A DNA stretch of 63,900 bases, filler included, from Sphacelaria rigidula (Eukaryota): assembly GCA_964200075.2 (NCBI GenBank). It is 7 parts of 7 records of this genome, joined end to end, with 100 filler letters (N's around TTAATTAATTAA, not from the genome) between each part and the next. Parts side by side here need not be neighbours in the genome. Positions count along the whole stretch, not along the records: positions 18,287 to 27,329 come from CAXNAA020009444.1; positions 27,430 to 36,472 come from CAXNAA020009445.1; positions 36,573 to 45,615 come from CAXNAA020009446.1; 4 more parts are not named here. One strand, written 5' to 3'. The notes beneath the pieces were generated by a model. It was not told where the DNA came from, made no database searches, and was given only the letters and a program-made list of their open reading frames with translations. Both the position numbers and the translations under genes were made by a program. Shown one piece after another: positions 25,190 to 37,141 of the stretch. Numbering within the stretch: position 1 is the first letter of the stretch; each line of letters opens with the position of its first letter.

Positions 25190-26170
25190 ACATGGTGAAG
25201 AACACTGAAGAATGTGTAGACTGGTATTCGAGGAAGGGGTCACAGTCACAGTTGCAGTAGGGGAAGTCGCTGATGGCCTGGTGTGCATTGATACGGTGGA
25301 TACCGACGGTGCGTGGCATTTTATTTTTTCAACACCCTGCTGTCTGATGACGGCTAGATAGAGTGGGTACAGTGACAGTTGAGCACGCAGGCTGAGACGA
25401 ATCCTGCCGGTCTCATCATCAATCTTCGCCCAGTTATGGACGAACGCTCGAGGACCCAGCAAACAAGCGTCGTTTATGGTCCGCTGCATATGTGAGGGTT
25501 GTGTGATGAAGCTCAGAGGCGTTGCAAGATATACGCTGTGCGGGTCTGCTCGTAGACCCTGGATTCCGTGACGCGTTGTTATCGCGTCTGCTACTGTCAT
25601 TAGTTAGGGCTGTTCAGCCGCGGCGGCAGGCCGCGTCGCCCTACCTCAATCAGTTACCGGCTTGCCCTGGTCTCTACCCTGGGCCATCACTACGCTCTGC
25701 TCCTATGGCTGCGCCCTGGCTATGCTGAGGAAGAGAGGCTTGTAGATAAAAGACTGTGCTAAGCAAACACGTGAATTCCTTATCAAGAGTGTGAACATGG
25801 ATGAACCTACTTGTGATTGTTCGGGATGGATAGCTAGGTCTGTGTGAAGTTGCCCACGTAGGAGCTTGGTGGGTTGGCACCATGGTATCTCCTGACACTC
25901 ATACTGAGAGACCCCAGCCAGTGCATTAGCAACTCCACTCCATATGACAGTTGGGAGCTGAACATTTCCGCTTCAAAAATCTCGACAGTCGAAGATTAAG
26001 CTCCTGTCGCGCGACCAATGGGTAGTGCCACGGACCCTTGCCGGCGTACCTGGCACTGGGGGCGACATCCCAGTACAGACAGTCGCATCACTACCGGGAC
26101 GGTCGTGCAAATAGGCCGGCAGCCAAAATGGCCGTTGCACTGGTGTTCTTCTAGCGTTATCAACTTGAAG
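25190..26170 (-). pseudogene. N-terminal remnant of a KDZ-like transposase with a SWIM-like motif
   Basis: Collinear with 35680-36180 (-): WAKIDDETGR vs RANNDDEAGR, IRQQ vs IRQE, GIHRINAHQAISDFPYCNCDCDPFLEYQSTH vs GIHRFNVDRAISALCSHGCGSDTLLLYQ*RH. Confidence 0.5.
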
Positions 26171-26949
26171 TACGGCCGCACAGGCTTCACACGCGAATAT
26201 TTCGGAGATTACCTCACTTCCACTTTGGTCATGTGCTGTGAATTATTTCACGAATTCACCCGCTGATATGTATGGAAATGTATTACACCCTAGACAAGAG
26301 TTTTCTACAGTCAGTATACGATTTAAAAGCATGTACTGTGCATAGTATAGAAGCTATTGCCTTCTGCGACGTGCACAGTACTCGTACAATAGTGGGAACT
26401 GAGCGCAGTGTGACTTCAAGATAGTGTAGAAATCTCCACGCGGTATGAATTGTTACAGCCGGCTTGCGCCCCATAGAGGCTGTGCGACCATACAGCTCCG
26501 CTCAAGATACAGGCAGGAATTATAGCGGCAGAGGCGTCCGATTACTCTTGCGTATGCCACCTAGGGCGAATGCACACCCAGCTGCAACACCGACCGCTGT
26601 ACTAGATGTGGCAGAGCAAGGGGTGGTACACCACGTACTCACAGACAGCAAGCAGTATCATGCAAATGTACTGTACTGTATACAAGTGTGATTTGAAATC
26701 CGTGCGCGCGGGGTCGGGCCGGCATTTGGAAAATCCTGCACGAGTTCGCCGTGTACTACCGGGACGTGATCTTATTTCAGTAGCTATCACTTGCGATGTG
26801 TGCTGTGACGGGTTTCATGCGTGAGGGTTGTTTCCCACCTCCGAACACCGCCCGTGAAGCGAGCTCTTTATGCTGGAAGTGCCCACCGCTTTTCCCACCA
26901 CTCTTGGTCTGAGACGATTGAAACTGCGGAATGCGACAGTAGTATCCTA

Positions 26950-27329
26950 CAGTGGATTCTCGAAATTGGGGTTGAAACAAAAATGAGGTTCAACTCAAAA
27001 GCCGCGCTTTCCCTGACCAAAATATATGACAAACGATATTCATATGGACCACCCCATCCCTCCCGACCTTCCTAAAACCATGTCGGGAGATTTCTAGCCT
27101 TCCATTTCCCCATAGGGTTTGTGCGAATGCACATTTCTGCCTCGATTTTGGGGTGAAAAAATACATTTTTTGTCCCCAAAATCGTGCTTTCGCACACACC
27201 CTGTGGGAGAACGGAAGGCTAGAAATCGCTCGAAATAGTTTTAGGGAGGTCGGGAGGGATGGGGTGGTCCATATAAAAGTTGTTTGTCATGAATTTAGGT
27301 CAGAGAAAGCACGGCTTTTGCGTTGAACC
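26950..27329. mobile_element. Foldback MITE with TA + CAGTGG terminus (Tc1/mariner-like), cut by contig end
   Basis: 26987-27329 is an imperfect palindrome (GGTTCAAC...GTTGAACC); the TIR motif is shared with 13019 and 54486. Confidence 0.85.
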
Positions 27330-29462
27330 NNNNNNNNNNNNNNNNNNNNNNNNNNNNNNNNNNNNNNNNNNNNTTAATTAATTAANNNNNNNNNNNNNNN
27401 NNNNNNNNNNNNNNNNNNNNNNNNNNNNNGGTATCCCCCCCCCTCGTTCAACCGCAGAATGAGGTTTGTGCAGCTAGGGGGGGGGGGGGGGTGCATGGAT
27501 TCCCCGATATGGGGCCCCTCGAAATGGGTAGGGTTATTTTGTCATTCCTTATTTCAAGTTCACCTCGAGTGCTCGGACGGTGCTTGCTGGAAAAGTGGCA
27601 CCACAAAAGAGCCGTCAATCGTGCCGTTCCTACTTTGCGGAGGGCGTCGATTTCTGAGTCCCTTTCTGCACCTCCGCGATGACTACCAAAGTTGGGATTG
27701 ATCAACCAATCGTCCGACCTACAAGATGTACATGAATGCATGTAGCAACCTTGCAAGCGCGGTTTGCTAAGGACTGCATTTGTCGCTGCAGGTGCATTCA
27801 TCGTTTTGGCCCCGTAACATAAGGCACTGCAGTTCCGGAAAACCACATGCTTTGCTTCGAGCTGAACCAAGTGAATAGAACACCACCCCGTGCCGCACCG
27901 CACACCATGTGCTGAGTGATACCGCCAAGATCAAGTACTGTACGGTACCGCACAGTCTTTCTCCAAACACCGTACTCGAGGACAACCCTGCAACACTCTT
28001 CAAATCGAATCAGTATTTTCGAGCAATAGATTTCGAAAGTGTCTGCTTGAGCCGTGTGAAATACCGACTTGGGAACCTATTAGATATTCATAGGTATGAC
28101 ATACTGGGTCACCATTCTCAGGCTATGCGGGTTCATGTATTTTCAATGGGGTTTGCAACGCCGCCCCGTTCTCATGCCCCGAGCGCACCGCAAACCGTGC
28201 TGCCTATCCTTTGCAAACAACTCTTATCGGAGTAACAAAAGTACAAGCCGCACCTTCAGTGTTGGATCGATTCAAGACCATGCCCACCCAGCGGCGCTGC
28301 TCTCCTACTCCAAACAAGACAGCAACAACCCATAGATAACTACAATATGTCTGACGAGAAAGGATCGCGCGAAACAATATAGCCAGTCTGGTTGGGGTGG
28401 ACATTCGTGTAGACCTTCAAGTAACGGTTTTCCTTGAACATCCGACCCCACTATTCGAGCCTGCTGATGATCGGGAGGCAACAACTTCACAATATAACTC
28501 TTCGTCGAGTAAGACGGACTCGATGTAACCCTTCACTAGTTTCAGAGCATGAACTGCTGAGTAAGCACGCAAGGCACGTGCACGACAAACACGCTTTCAC
28601 TTGTGCATAAGCTTTCCCCTCGTGACTACGAGCTGGGCCAGCCAAGAGTACGTGTGAAAATCGCTCAGGCGACGCACGGCGCGATGCCAGGAGTTGGATG
28701 CTGAAATTTTGACGGCAGTTTTTCATGGTCGAAATGGAGAAATCACGGGTCCAGCAAAAATATAGATATGAAAGTAAGAAGTTATGGGCATTTGGAATTT
28801 CAGCAAAAACAAAATAATGCCGTAAGTCCAGGGAAAAAAGGAGAATCTGCAGCTGGAATCGTGAAGTATCAGTCCCTTGTGCGCAGAAGGTCTTCCTGAA
28901 ATTTCAGCTCAAGCGTCGTCGAATTGGGCCGTGCGTTCAACATTTTCCGTGACGCTGCTGCACCCCTATGAGTCAAGTCATGGGAAACCTCGATTATGAA
29001 GCTCAAGAGTTCGAATCCCGACAGATTTCCTCTTCTTTTTTTGTTTGTCGTTAAGGTCATACATTATGCAGTACATTTTTTTCTCATTTTGTTTTTCAGC
29101 GGCGGTGCAGTGTCACCAGGTTGCTCTACACTTCACAGTGATATGCTTACATTGGGTTCATTCGGGAAACTGGGGAAGCTGTGGTGTGAGCAAGTTTTAG
29201 CAGCTTATAAGCTGGCCCAGCTCATAGCACATTCCACCCGTGCTGTACTCCACATCCAAACGAAGGATAAGGCTACAAGACCTTCCTGAAAGTCCAGCCA
29301 ATCGAACAACGTCATCATCTTTCTTCCCGCTAGAAATGAACTACTTCGCTCCTGTCCGAGGCCTGCGCTGGTCTAGCTATTGGCATGAGGAGCAGTGCAC
29401 GTGGCAGGATAATGAAGGAAAATGGGTCGATCCCCCAAAGATCTAGACAGGACGGTGAGAAC

Positions 29463-29796
29463 GTGGCGCAGTTGGTAACCTCAAAACCTTCTGACGGTTG
29501 GATCGTGGGTTCAAATCTCGGAGCGATCTAGGATATTTTCTCACACCATACCCAACAGTGAAGAGCGGCTACGTCGTGAAAACACCAAATTCGACTTGAC
29601 GGTCGACGAGGGAAAGGGATTGCCGAACCCCTCTCGCATTAAAAAAAAAAATGAAAGGCAAGCACCGCAGAGGGAAGTCGGAGTACTAAAAACGAACAGA
29701 AAAAAAACTCCTGTGTTGACCTTCCTCTTATGTGACACCACCTGGTGCGCCCACATATACCGGAAGGTGTAAACCGGCGTCCAGAATAGCTGGGAC

Positions 29797-29830
<34 letters not shown>
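29463..29830 (+). mobile_element. tRNA-derived SINE family 1, near full length
   Basis: A box TGGCGCAGTTGG, B box GGTTCAAATC, conserved body, (CA)n tail; seven related pieces in the window. Confidence 0.92.
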
Positions 29831-29833
<3 letters not shown>

Positions 29834-31848
29834 CTAGCGACAATTAGCTATCCTACTTCGGCCTGGGGTTTTTTTCAAAAACATCCCGCAAGCCAATAGG
29901 ATGGGGGTGATCCTTCCGATCGGTCGCAAAAAAGACGCAAAAGGCTTTCTGCACCCATAACACGTACACCTCCCTGTCGCATTGCATCGCCCGAACGGTC
30001 TGGTCATCCTTCGTTTTCACGTCAAAAATGTGCCGATGCAACACAGATTACCCACCCTGGGGGTGACTGCCAAAGTCGCGACAACGCCGATCTACAATGC
30101 TCGATAGCGCAGTGCAACCCTGTATAGTACAGTACGGTGCTGTGTTCTCTCTCTTCCCGCTGCATTCGTTCCCTTTGTCTCTGGGTATCACCAAGGATCA
30201 GATGACACCAAACCCTTCGAGGGCGTCACCTCTTTCTGCTGCCAGCTAGTTGCAAAATAAAGCCCTTGGACCGCCATCTCTCTCTTGCATTTTTTTTTTT
30301 TAATTCACGTCCATGCTCCACAAGTGACTCATACCTTGAGGGTGGCTGTTATCTGTATAGAATGATGAAGCCGCAGAGTGCACCGCACATCACAGTACAG
30401 TACAGAGTAGCATTGTGTACTTTTGTCCCCCCCACACCCTGCGTTCCTTGTGTTCGTCTATGGGTATCACCAAGTATCGGGTTGCTCAATTTGAGAGTGT
30501 CACCTCTTTCCCCCTGCCAGCTGTATAAAAAACGACATCTGATCGCCAGGGTGGACCATCTGAGCCTTACACTCACTTTTCGAGTCAAAATCTCCGGAGA
30601 GAGACCTTGTCCTGCACCAGTTTGAAAGTGAAACCCTTCGACCGCGAGGGTAGATCGTCTGGGTTTTGGGCTTTTTTCCCAGTGATAACTATTCCGATGC
30701 AAGATATGACCGATCCTGAGGTGAGTGACACTATTCCGTGTATTCCCGAGGTAAAACCTCTAGTCGCAGAGGACGAAGGCTGTACAGACGGTACGGCGCA
30801 CATGGCGGTACCGATGTAGCCAACACAACAGACCAAGGGGAGAGCATAATTCAGTCACCACGATGCTGTTGTTTCAGTACAGTACAGGCCGTGCTCCTTA
30901 CCTTAGGATGGCCTGTGCACCAAGGTACACAAATGGTGGCGCTTTTCCCAACATGGTATGAGAGAGTGCATTACACATGGACATACGCACGCACCGAAAC
31001 AAAGGTACTCCTACTCACACCTCTCGTCCGACGTTTTTCCGCCAGCCTCCTCTTCGTGGTTATTTGTCATTGGCAATTATTGGGGACGGGGCCTTGCTGA
31101 GGACACTCTATCGAGGGTTCGGCCTTTTCCGGCCCGTTCTCGACGGCTTCGTGCGCGATTTGAGTACTGATTGTTGCGTTGGGTGCTTCAGACCCGAATG
31201 CATCATACAGCGTTCGTCATTCTCCAGGAAGATCCTACGGTCAGGACACCGATCCTGAAAGTATATATATGTTGCAGGTCTTGAGGGTACGGGTTCAGAG
31301 CACCAGGACACGGCCAGTGCTATAGGGTGTGTGTGGATGGTGGGGAGGAGTACGTCATGCGTGAGCTGGAAGGGCGTCGTCTGAACGCGAGACTCACCCG
31401 TGAAGAGGTTGGACTCTAAAAGCAAGCGTACCCGGGCGGAACATTTCAGAAGGAATAGGAAGAATAGATTACTTCATTCTGGTCGGTATGGTGTCAACGG
31501 ACCGTATATCCACCTCCCTGTTCACGTCAAAGGCCAAATCCGCTTCGGACCGTCCTTGAGACGTCTGCCACCGGTACCACGCCATTGCACTCTGTTTATG
31601 CTGGAGCAGGGAGGTGGATATACGGTCTACGCTATATCGGATGTTGCTGTTGGTTATCATATATTGCTTTGCAGCTACTGTCCGTTCGACCCTGCACCTT
31701 GTCCGGAACACGAGCCAGAAGAACAACGAGACGTATATAGGGACACACAACACCCACGGGGCATTTGGTATCCATGAGATGCCTCAGATGTAGCTTGAGC
31801 TCCCAGACAGCAGAAAGAGAGGCCATCACAACCGCGGCCTGGGCGCGA

Positions 31849-32190
31849 TGTGTTGTTATCCCATCTATTCTGAACGCCCATCTGCACCTTTCGGTATATG
31901 TGGCGCACCTGACGGGGTCGCACAGGAGGAAGGCCAACACAGGGGTTTATTCTTTTTATCTGTGTTCGTTCTCTACCTTCCTTCTACGGTGCTTGCCTAT
32001 ATTTTTTCGTCGCGAGAGCGATTCAGCAGTCCCTTTCCCTCATCGACCGTTAAGTCTTATATTAATGTATCCACGACATAGTCGCTCTCCACTGTTGGGC
32101 ATTGTGTGAGAATAGATATCAGATCGCACCGAGATTCGAACCCATGACCCAGCCGTCAGAAGGTTTCGAGGTTACCAACTGAGCCAGGGG
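31849..32190 (-). mobile_element. tRNA-derived SINE family 1
   Basis: Minus strand shows TGGCTCAGTTGG (A box) and GGTTCGAATC (B box); body matches 29463-29830. Confidence 0.92.
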
Positions 32191-33059
32191 GGGGGGGGCA
32201 TACTCATTTGTTGCTTGCCTTAGTCGTTTGACCATTGACCACGCATCCCTTTCGAGACGGAGCTAGGGGGCGACCGGTGCCCGGCGCGACATGCTGTCTA
32301 CAAGATTTCGAACAAAAGTAACTGCTCGAGGGGTCGTGACAGGAACCTCTTCGCATTCGACACAGCCGTGACGGTCAACCAACAATGGCACGCCAAGGGT
32401 TCAATCATGCGGCCCAACGTAGGTGTCGGGGTGGACGGTCACCGTAAAATGTTCCTCCCATCGACAGGCTATGAGAGCCGCAGCTCGGAGACTCCGTGAA
32501 TGGCTGCCCATCGACATGCTTGTATTGCTACGCCCATCGCTACAGCAATATATATATATATATATATATCGCCATCTTACACGAAAACGTGGATCTGCCA
32601 TTTTTCCAGGGAGATGAAGAGCTCTGACGTTTTTCTTTGCATCGTCGTCATAAAAGCCCCGTGGATTGAGATTGCGCACACTTTCGAAGCTGTATACTTT
32701 GCACGCTATTGCCCCGCACATGATGAGAAGACTCGCTCGATTTCACACATGATCGGCCTTTCATGAATATCGAAGCGTATCCTTTTACGTGCCGATGTTC
32801 CTCGGCTGGGACCAGTTCCATGGTGGATATGTGATACCTTCACTGTCTAGTTCGAAGATGCCCAAGTGACGTTTGAGCCCGGTCAAGAGATGGTATTGTA
32901 TTTTTTATTTATTATCAGATTCGTTGATTATTTGATTATTCTTAATTTTATGTTAACATAGTTATGGCCCATCGCACTACTTGAAAATAGTGTGGGTTGA
33001 TATTAATTTTCTGTTTTTTTCCTTTGACGATGCACGAGTCTGTGTGGGTCTGAGGTCTG

Positions 33060-36000
33060 AAGTCGACGTACCTCTCTCGCCACAGCGACAAAGATCCACC
33101 GTTGAGGCCCGAGGGTCAAGAAGCGATTGTGGCAAGGGAAGAGCGAACGTGTAGGCATGCAGCTGCGGGATACAGAAGACGAACACAGCAGCAGGAGGTG
33201 CAGCACATGTGTACATCGACTACACTCAACCCTTTTGTTGCTGATTTCCTCGTAACCCGCCCGCCTATGTACAGATGTATTGACATCTCTACTCGGGCGA
33301 AGAGCATAGCGGTACACCACACATATCCTACCACGTACGTCGTGGCAATCCGTGGAATGCGCACACACACAACCTTGTCTGCGTGCACAGCATCACGCCA
33401 GCGACAAACACGTGCCGAGCATGGGACACATTTTCTTTCCCCAAAAAACGTCAACACCTCCCGACCACACGCACCCGACACACGCATTTACCGGAGCATT
33501 GTCCCCACGAATCTGGGGTTTGCTGGGTCCGTCAGGCGCGGGTCAAACGGGCGCATACGTCAACGAAATTTTACAGCAGTAGCAGAGAGGTTGTGTTATG
33601 TCGCATCACAGTTTGCCTTGTATGCACACCATGATGCAAGCAGCGAACACTGCATGTCTGTGCAGCGGAATCGCAAGTTCACCCGTCCAACCGTAGTCGG
33701 AAACGTCACGCCCTCATGCACACACGCTCCACTACACGAGCACCCGGCGATAAAGCAGTGCATCTTTTTTTCCACCTCGGGTGTATATCGTGTGTGTGTC
33801 ACCCGCGGATCTTCCATGAAAACATTTGTGTCCACAGTCCAGGTGTAATGTACTGGATCATGCCGCCGTTCTAGATGAACAACATCTAGAAGCCCGCCGA
33901 CCTTCAACCCTTTTGGAACTCATAATGGGAAATTGATCATTTGCAATTGACGGTTTTTGAACAAGATATGGTTTATGATTCACAGTTTGGACGCAACAGT
34001 ATTCGCCAAACGTGTATTTTTCAGATCCCTTCCGAGTGACAAGTGGAACAAGCGAACGTTTCTGATTTCCTTATCGCGGTGAGGTCCAGGACCCGTCGGC
34101 ATTTTTCTTCTACTCTCATGAGTTCCTGCCCCGGCCACAGTGCGCGGCAAGCCTCTGTGAAGCATGCTTCCCGCCTGACCTGCACGCCCTTCCCGCTGCA
34201 GTTTGTACTCTTTGCAGCGTCATAACAACAAGGGCAATATCGATGGCACATTGGTCATGTTTATGAACTGGCGGTGTAATACAATCTCAGGCAGTCACCT
34301 TTCCGTGCCGCCGGGAGTGCTGCGATAATGTCCTGTACAGTACTGGGTGTGTTTACAGCAGTTTGGGGTCATCTCGACTGCAGACTCACGTCATGCACAA
34401 CATCGCGCTCTTGCACGTTCCGACAGCACCATCCCGCCCTTTGAAAAAATGCGTAAAGGCGACGCAGACGCCATGTGCCCTGCAGTTATGCACTTTCACT
34501 GTGGTGTAAAGTCTGCCAAGTGCCGTCGTCACAGGGGTGATGCCTTACTGCTTCGTGTTATGTCTGTATCGTATTTTGAAAAAGAATCGTAATTTGAAAA
34601 TATCTCTGTAAAACGCGAGGCATGCACACATCTGCGCTCTGCCGAGCACGTGCCGACAACATCGTACTGCGTGTTGACTATCACACAACGGCGTAGCGAA
34701 ACGCACAGTTGCCCCACCACATCTATACCGCGGGTTGATCGTTCCCGACCGTTGCACAGATATACTTCATGCTGCATGAGATTCATGACGCCGGCTATCG
34801 CTATCGTCTCGTACCGTCTACTCTCGTGGCCGACTATATACGACGTGCTTATATTTATCTTGCACGGAGTGTCGTCGCAAGTCAAGACTGTAACCTACTG
34901 TATTTAGCGACAGTAGTGTTTTTCATCTGGCCTGATAACGGTGCCCGTTGGCTCCCTCCCGTGTGTACATATGTCGCTTGTGGGGACGCCTGCGATTACG
35001 CCCGCCATGTACCGCACGCACAACCCTCTGTGTCTCCCACACTTGGTGACGAAATTTCGCTGAGTTCAGCCATACTATGCTGTATGTACGGTGTGGCTCG
35101 ACAAACTCGCCACCTGATGCTGCAGCCCGTCAAAACTGTGCTCCCCTCATCTTCAAATAAATGCTGATATACCGATGTGCCCGGTCGGCACCCATTGCTG
35201 TTTCATTAATAGAAAGTTTGATAGTGTTTTTGCTGATTGTTGTCGATGGATACAATTGGACACACTTCATCCGTTGCGTGGTATGATTAGACAAACCTCA
35301 CCCGAGCTTTCCAGGGAGGACATTCTTCTTCGGTCTTCCATTATAAAATGGTTGCCGTCGGCCTATTCTGTTTACATCTTTTCCTCTTCGTCAGGGCTTA
35401 TCATATTAAGGCGTTTGGCCAAGGGACAGGAGGGGAGGGTTCCACAAGGGTTAACCACACGGTCAATGCACACCCACAACCTACACTTACCACCGCAGCC
35501 AATTTTGTCGGTACCAACTGTCGTTACTATTTGCGGGTTCTTCGGGTTGGCGGCACTGTCTGCCATGTTCAATCGGACAGTACAGTGTTATCCCTTTAAG
35601 ATAATATGGAGGCTGTGTTTTCCAAGGTTAGACGCCAAGAAAATTCGCACCTCGCTTGTGATGACGCCTAAACTTGGAGGATGTCTTCATTGGTACAACA
35701 GCAAGGTGTCGGAGCCACAGCCGTGGCTACACAAGGCGCTGATGGCCCGGTCTACATTGAAACGGTGGATACCATTCTCACCCGTTTCTATTTTTATTCA
35801 CCACCTCCTGTCTGATGATGATTACAGTACGTTCAACGTCGGTCAGACTCGCAGACTGCCACCTTCCGGCTTCATCGTCGTTATTCGCCCGGTCAGCGAT
35901 GAAAACTCGCAGGAAACGAGAAAATAACCAGCATCTAGGCCCCACAATATATGTGAGGGCCTAGGCTGAACGTTCGCCGGTCCGGAAAGCTAAAAACGTC

Positions 36001-36424
36001 AAGGTTAAGCTTGTCTCACGCGACCGCTGCGTTCTGCCATGGACCCTTCCCCACGTACTTGCCAAGTGGGCGATATCCTCGTACAGACAGTGGCAATGCT
36101 AGCGGATTGAAGATCCTGACAGTCTGGCAGTCGGCAAGGTAGTTATAGTAGTGTCCTCCTAGCGATATCAAGTCACACCACGCTACTGGCGAGCGGAGGA
36201 CAATGATGCAACACGCTGAATGCCCGCGAGCACCAGCGACAGCAGTAGTAGTGATGGCAGCCAAGCCATCACAGGTGCTGTCGTGGACTGTAAGGTGTGT
36301 TCAAACGCTTTTGGATAGCCCGAAGCTATCGGAAAATCCTGATTTTCTAATAACTTCGGGCTGTTGGAAAATGTCATCAGAAACAATTCTATTGTTATCG
36401 GAAAAAGTGTTTTGTGATCACATA
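33060..36424 (-). mobile_element. Degenerate KDZ (Kyakuja-Dileera-Zisupton)-like DNA transposon, 5' end near 36424
   Basis: In order: GKGPW block, SWIM-like motif, Cys clusters (CGGKC, CPCC, FACSTC), then an AG/GT-flanked segment at ~33165-33071 reading FPCHNRFL-T(P)GL-TVDLCRCG after frameshift correction. Terminal region homologous to 23690-23938. Confidence 0.45.
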
Positions 36425-36426
36425 AA

Positions 36427-36472
36427 GCCGGTCGCCCCGGTGGCTCAGTTGGTAACCTCGTAACCCTCTGAT
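36427..36472 (+). mobile_element. SINE family 1 5' head, cut by contig end
   Basis: GCCGGTCGCCCCGGTGGCTCAGTTGGTAACCTCG, nearly the same as 52460 onward. Confidence 0.85.
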
Positions 36473-36924
36473 NNNNNNNNNNNNNNNNNNNNNNNNNNNN
36501 NNNNNNNNNNNNNNNNTTAATTAATTAANNNNNNNNNNNNNNNNNNNNNNNNNNNNNNNNNNNNNNNNNNNNCCCGCACCCCCCCCCCCCCCCCCCCCCC
36601 ACACACACACACGCCACCCCACCCCACCCCACCCCGGAGGAATCGTGCCCGCTGCAGGGGACGATCATTGCTGTACATGAGCTTCTCTCGACACTGACAG
36701 AGTCACATCATATCACGGTATGGTGATAGTCGCACTGCGTCGTCTTCTTGTGTTCTCGTAGAGTTAGTGTTGACATTGTCCAAAAAGCGCTTCCTCATTC
36801 ATGTCATGCTCCACCCACCTCCTTTTTTCTTCATCATCTCCGCATGTACTTCATGTGCTATAATGACTCCTTTGTTACTGTTTGATCTATATGCAGCACT
36901 GTACTTACTGTACGGTATGCCCTG

Positions 36925-36971
<47 letters not shown>

Positions 36972-37108
36972 ACCCCCCAAACCCCCCAACCCACCCAAAC
37001 CCAGAAGAACAACAGTAGTCGCGTGTCTTCACTTTTNNNNNNNAGTTTTTTCATTTCTTTTTTTTTTTCTTTTTTTTTTTTCGCGTCCACTTGTCTTTTG
37101 GTCGCGTC

Positions 37109-37141
<33 letters not shown>

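Noticed and set aside
29463-29530. tRNA gene (also 32120-32190, 48360-48432, 52460-52535)
   Set aside because: No complete acceptor stem; each head is fused to a repeated SINE body.
35175-35927. 250-aa ORF on + (and the 248-aa ORF 33102-33848) as host genes
   Set aside because: No recognisable motifs; they lie antisense to the KDZ-like remnant.
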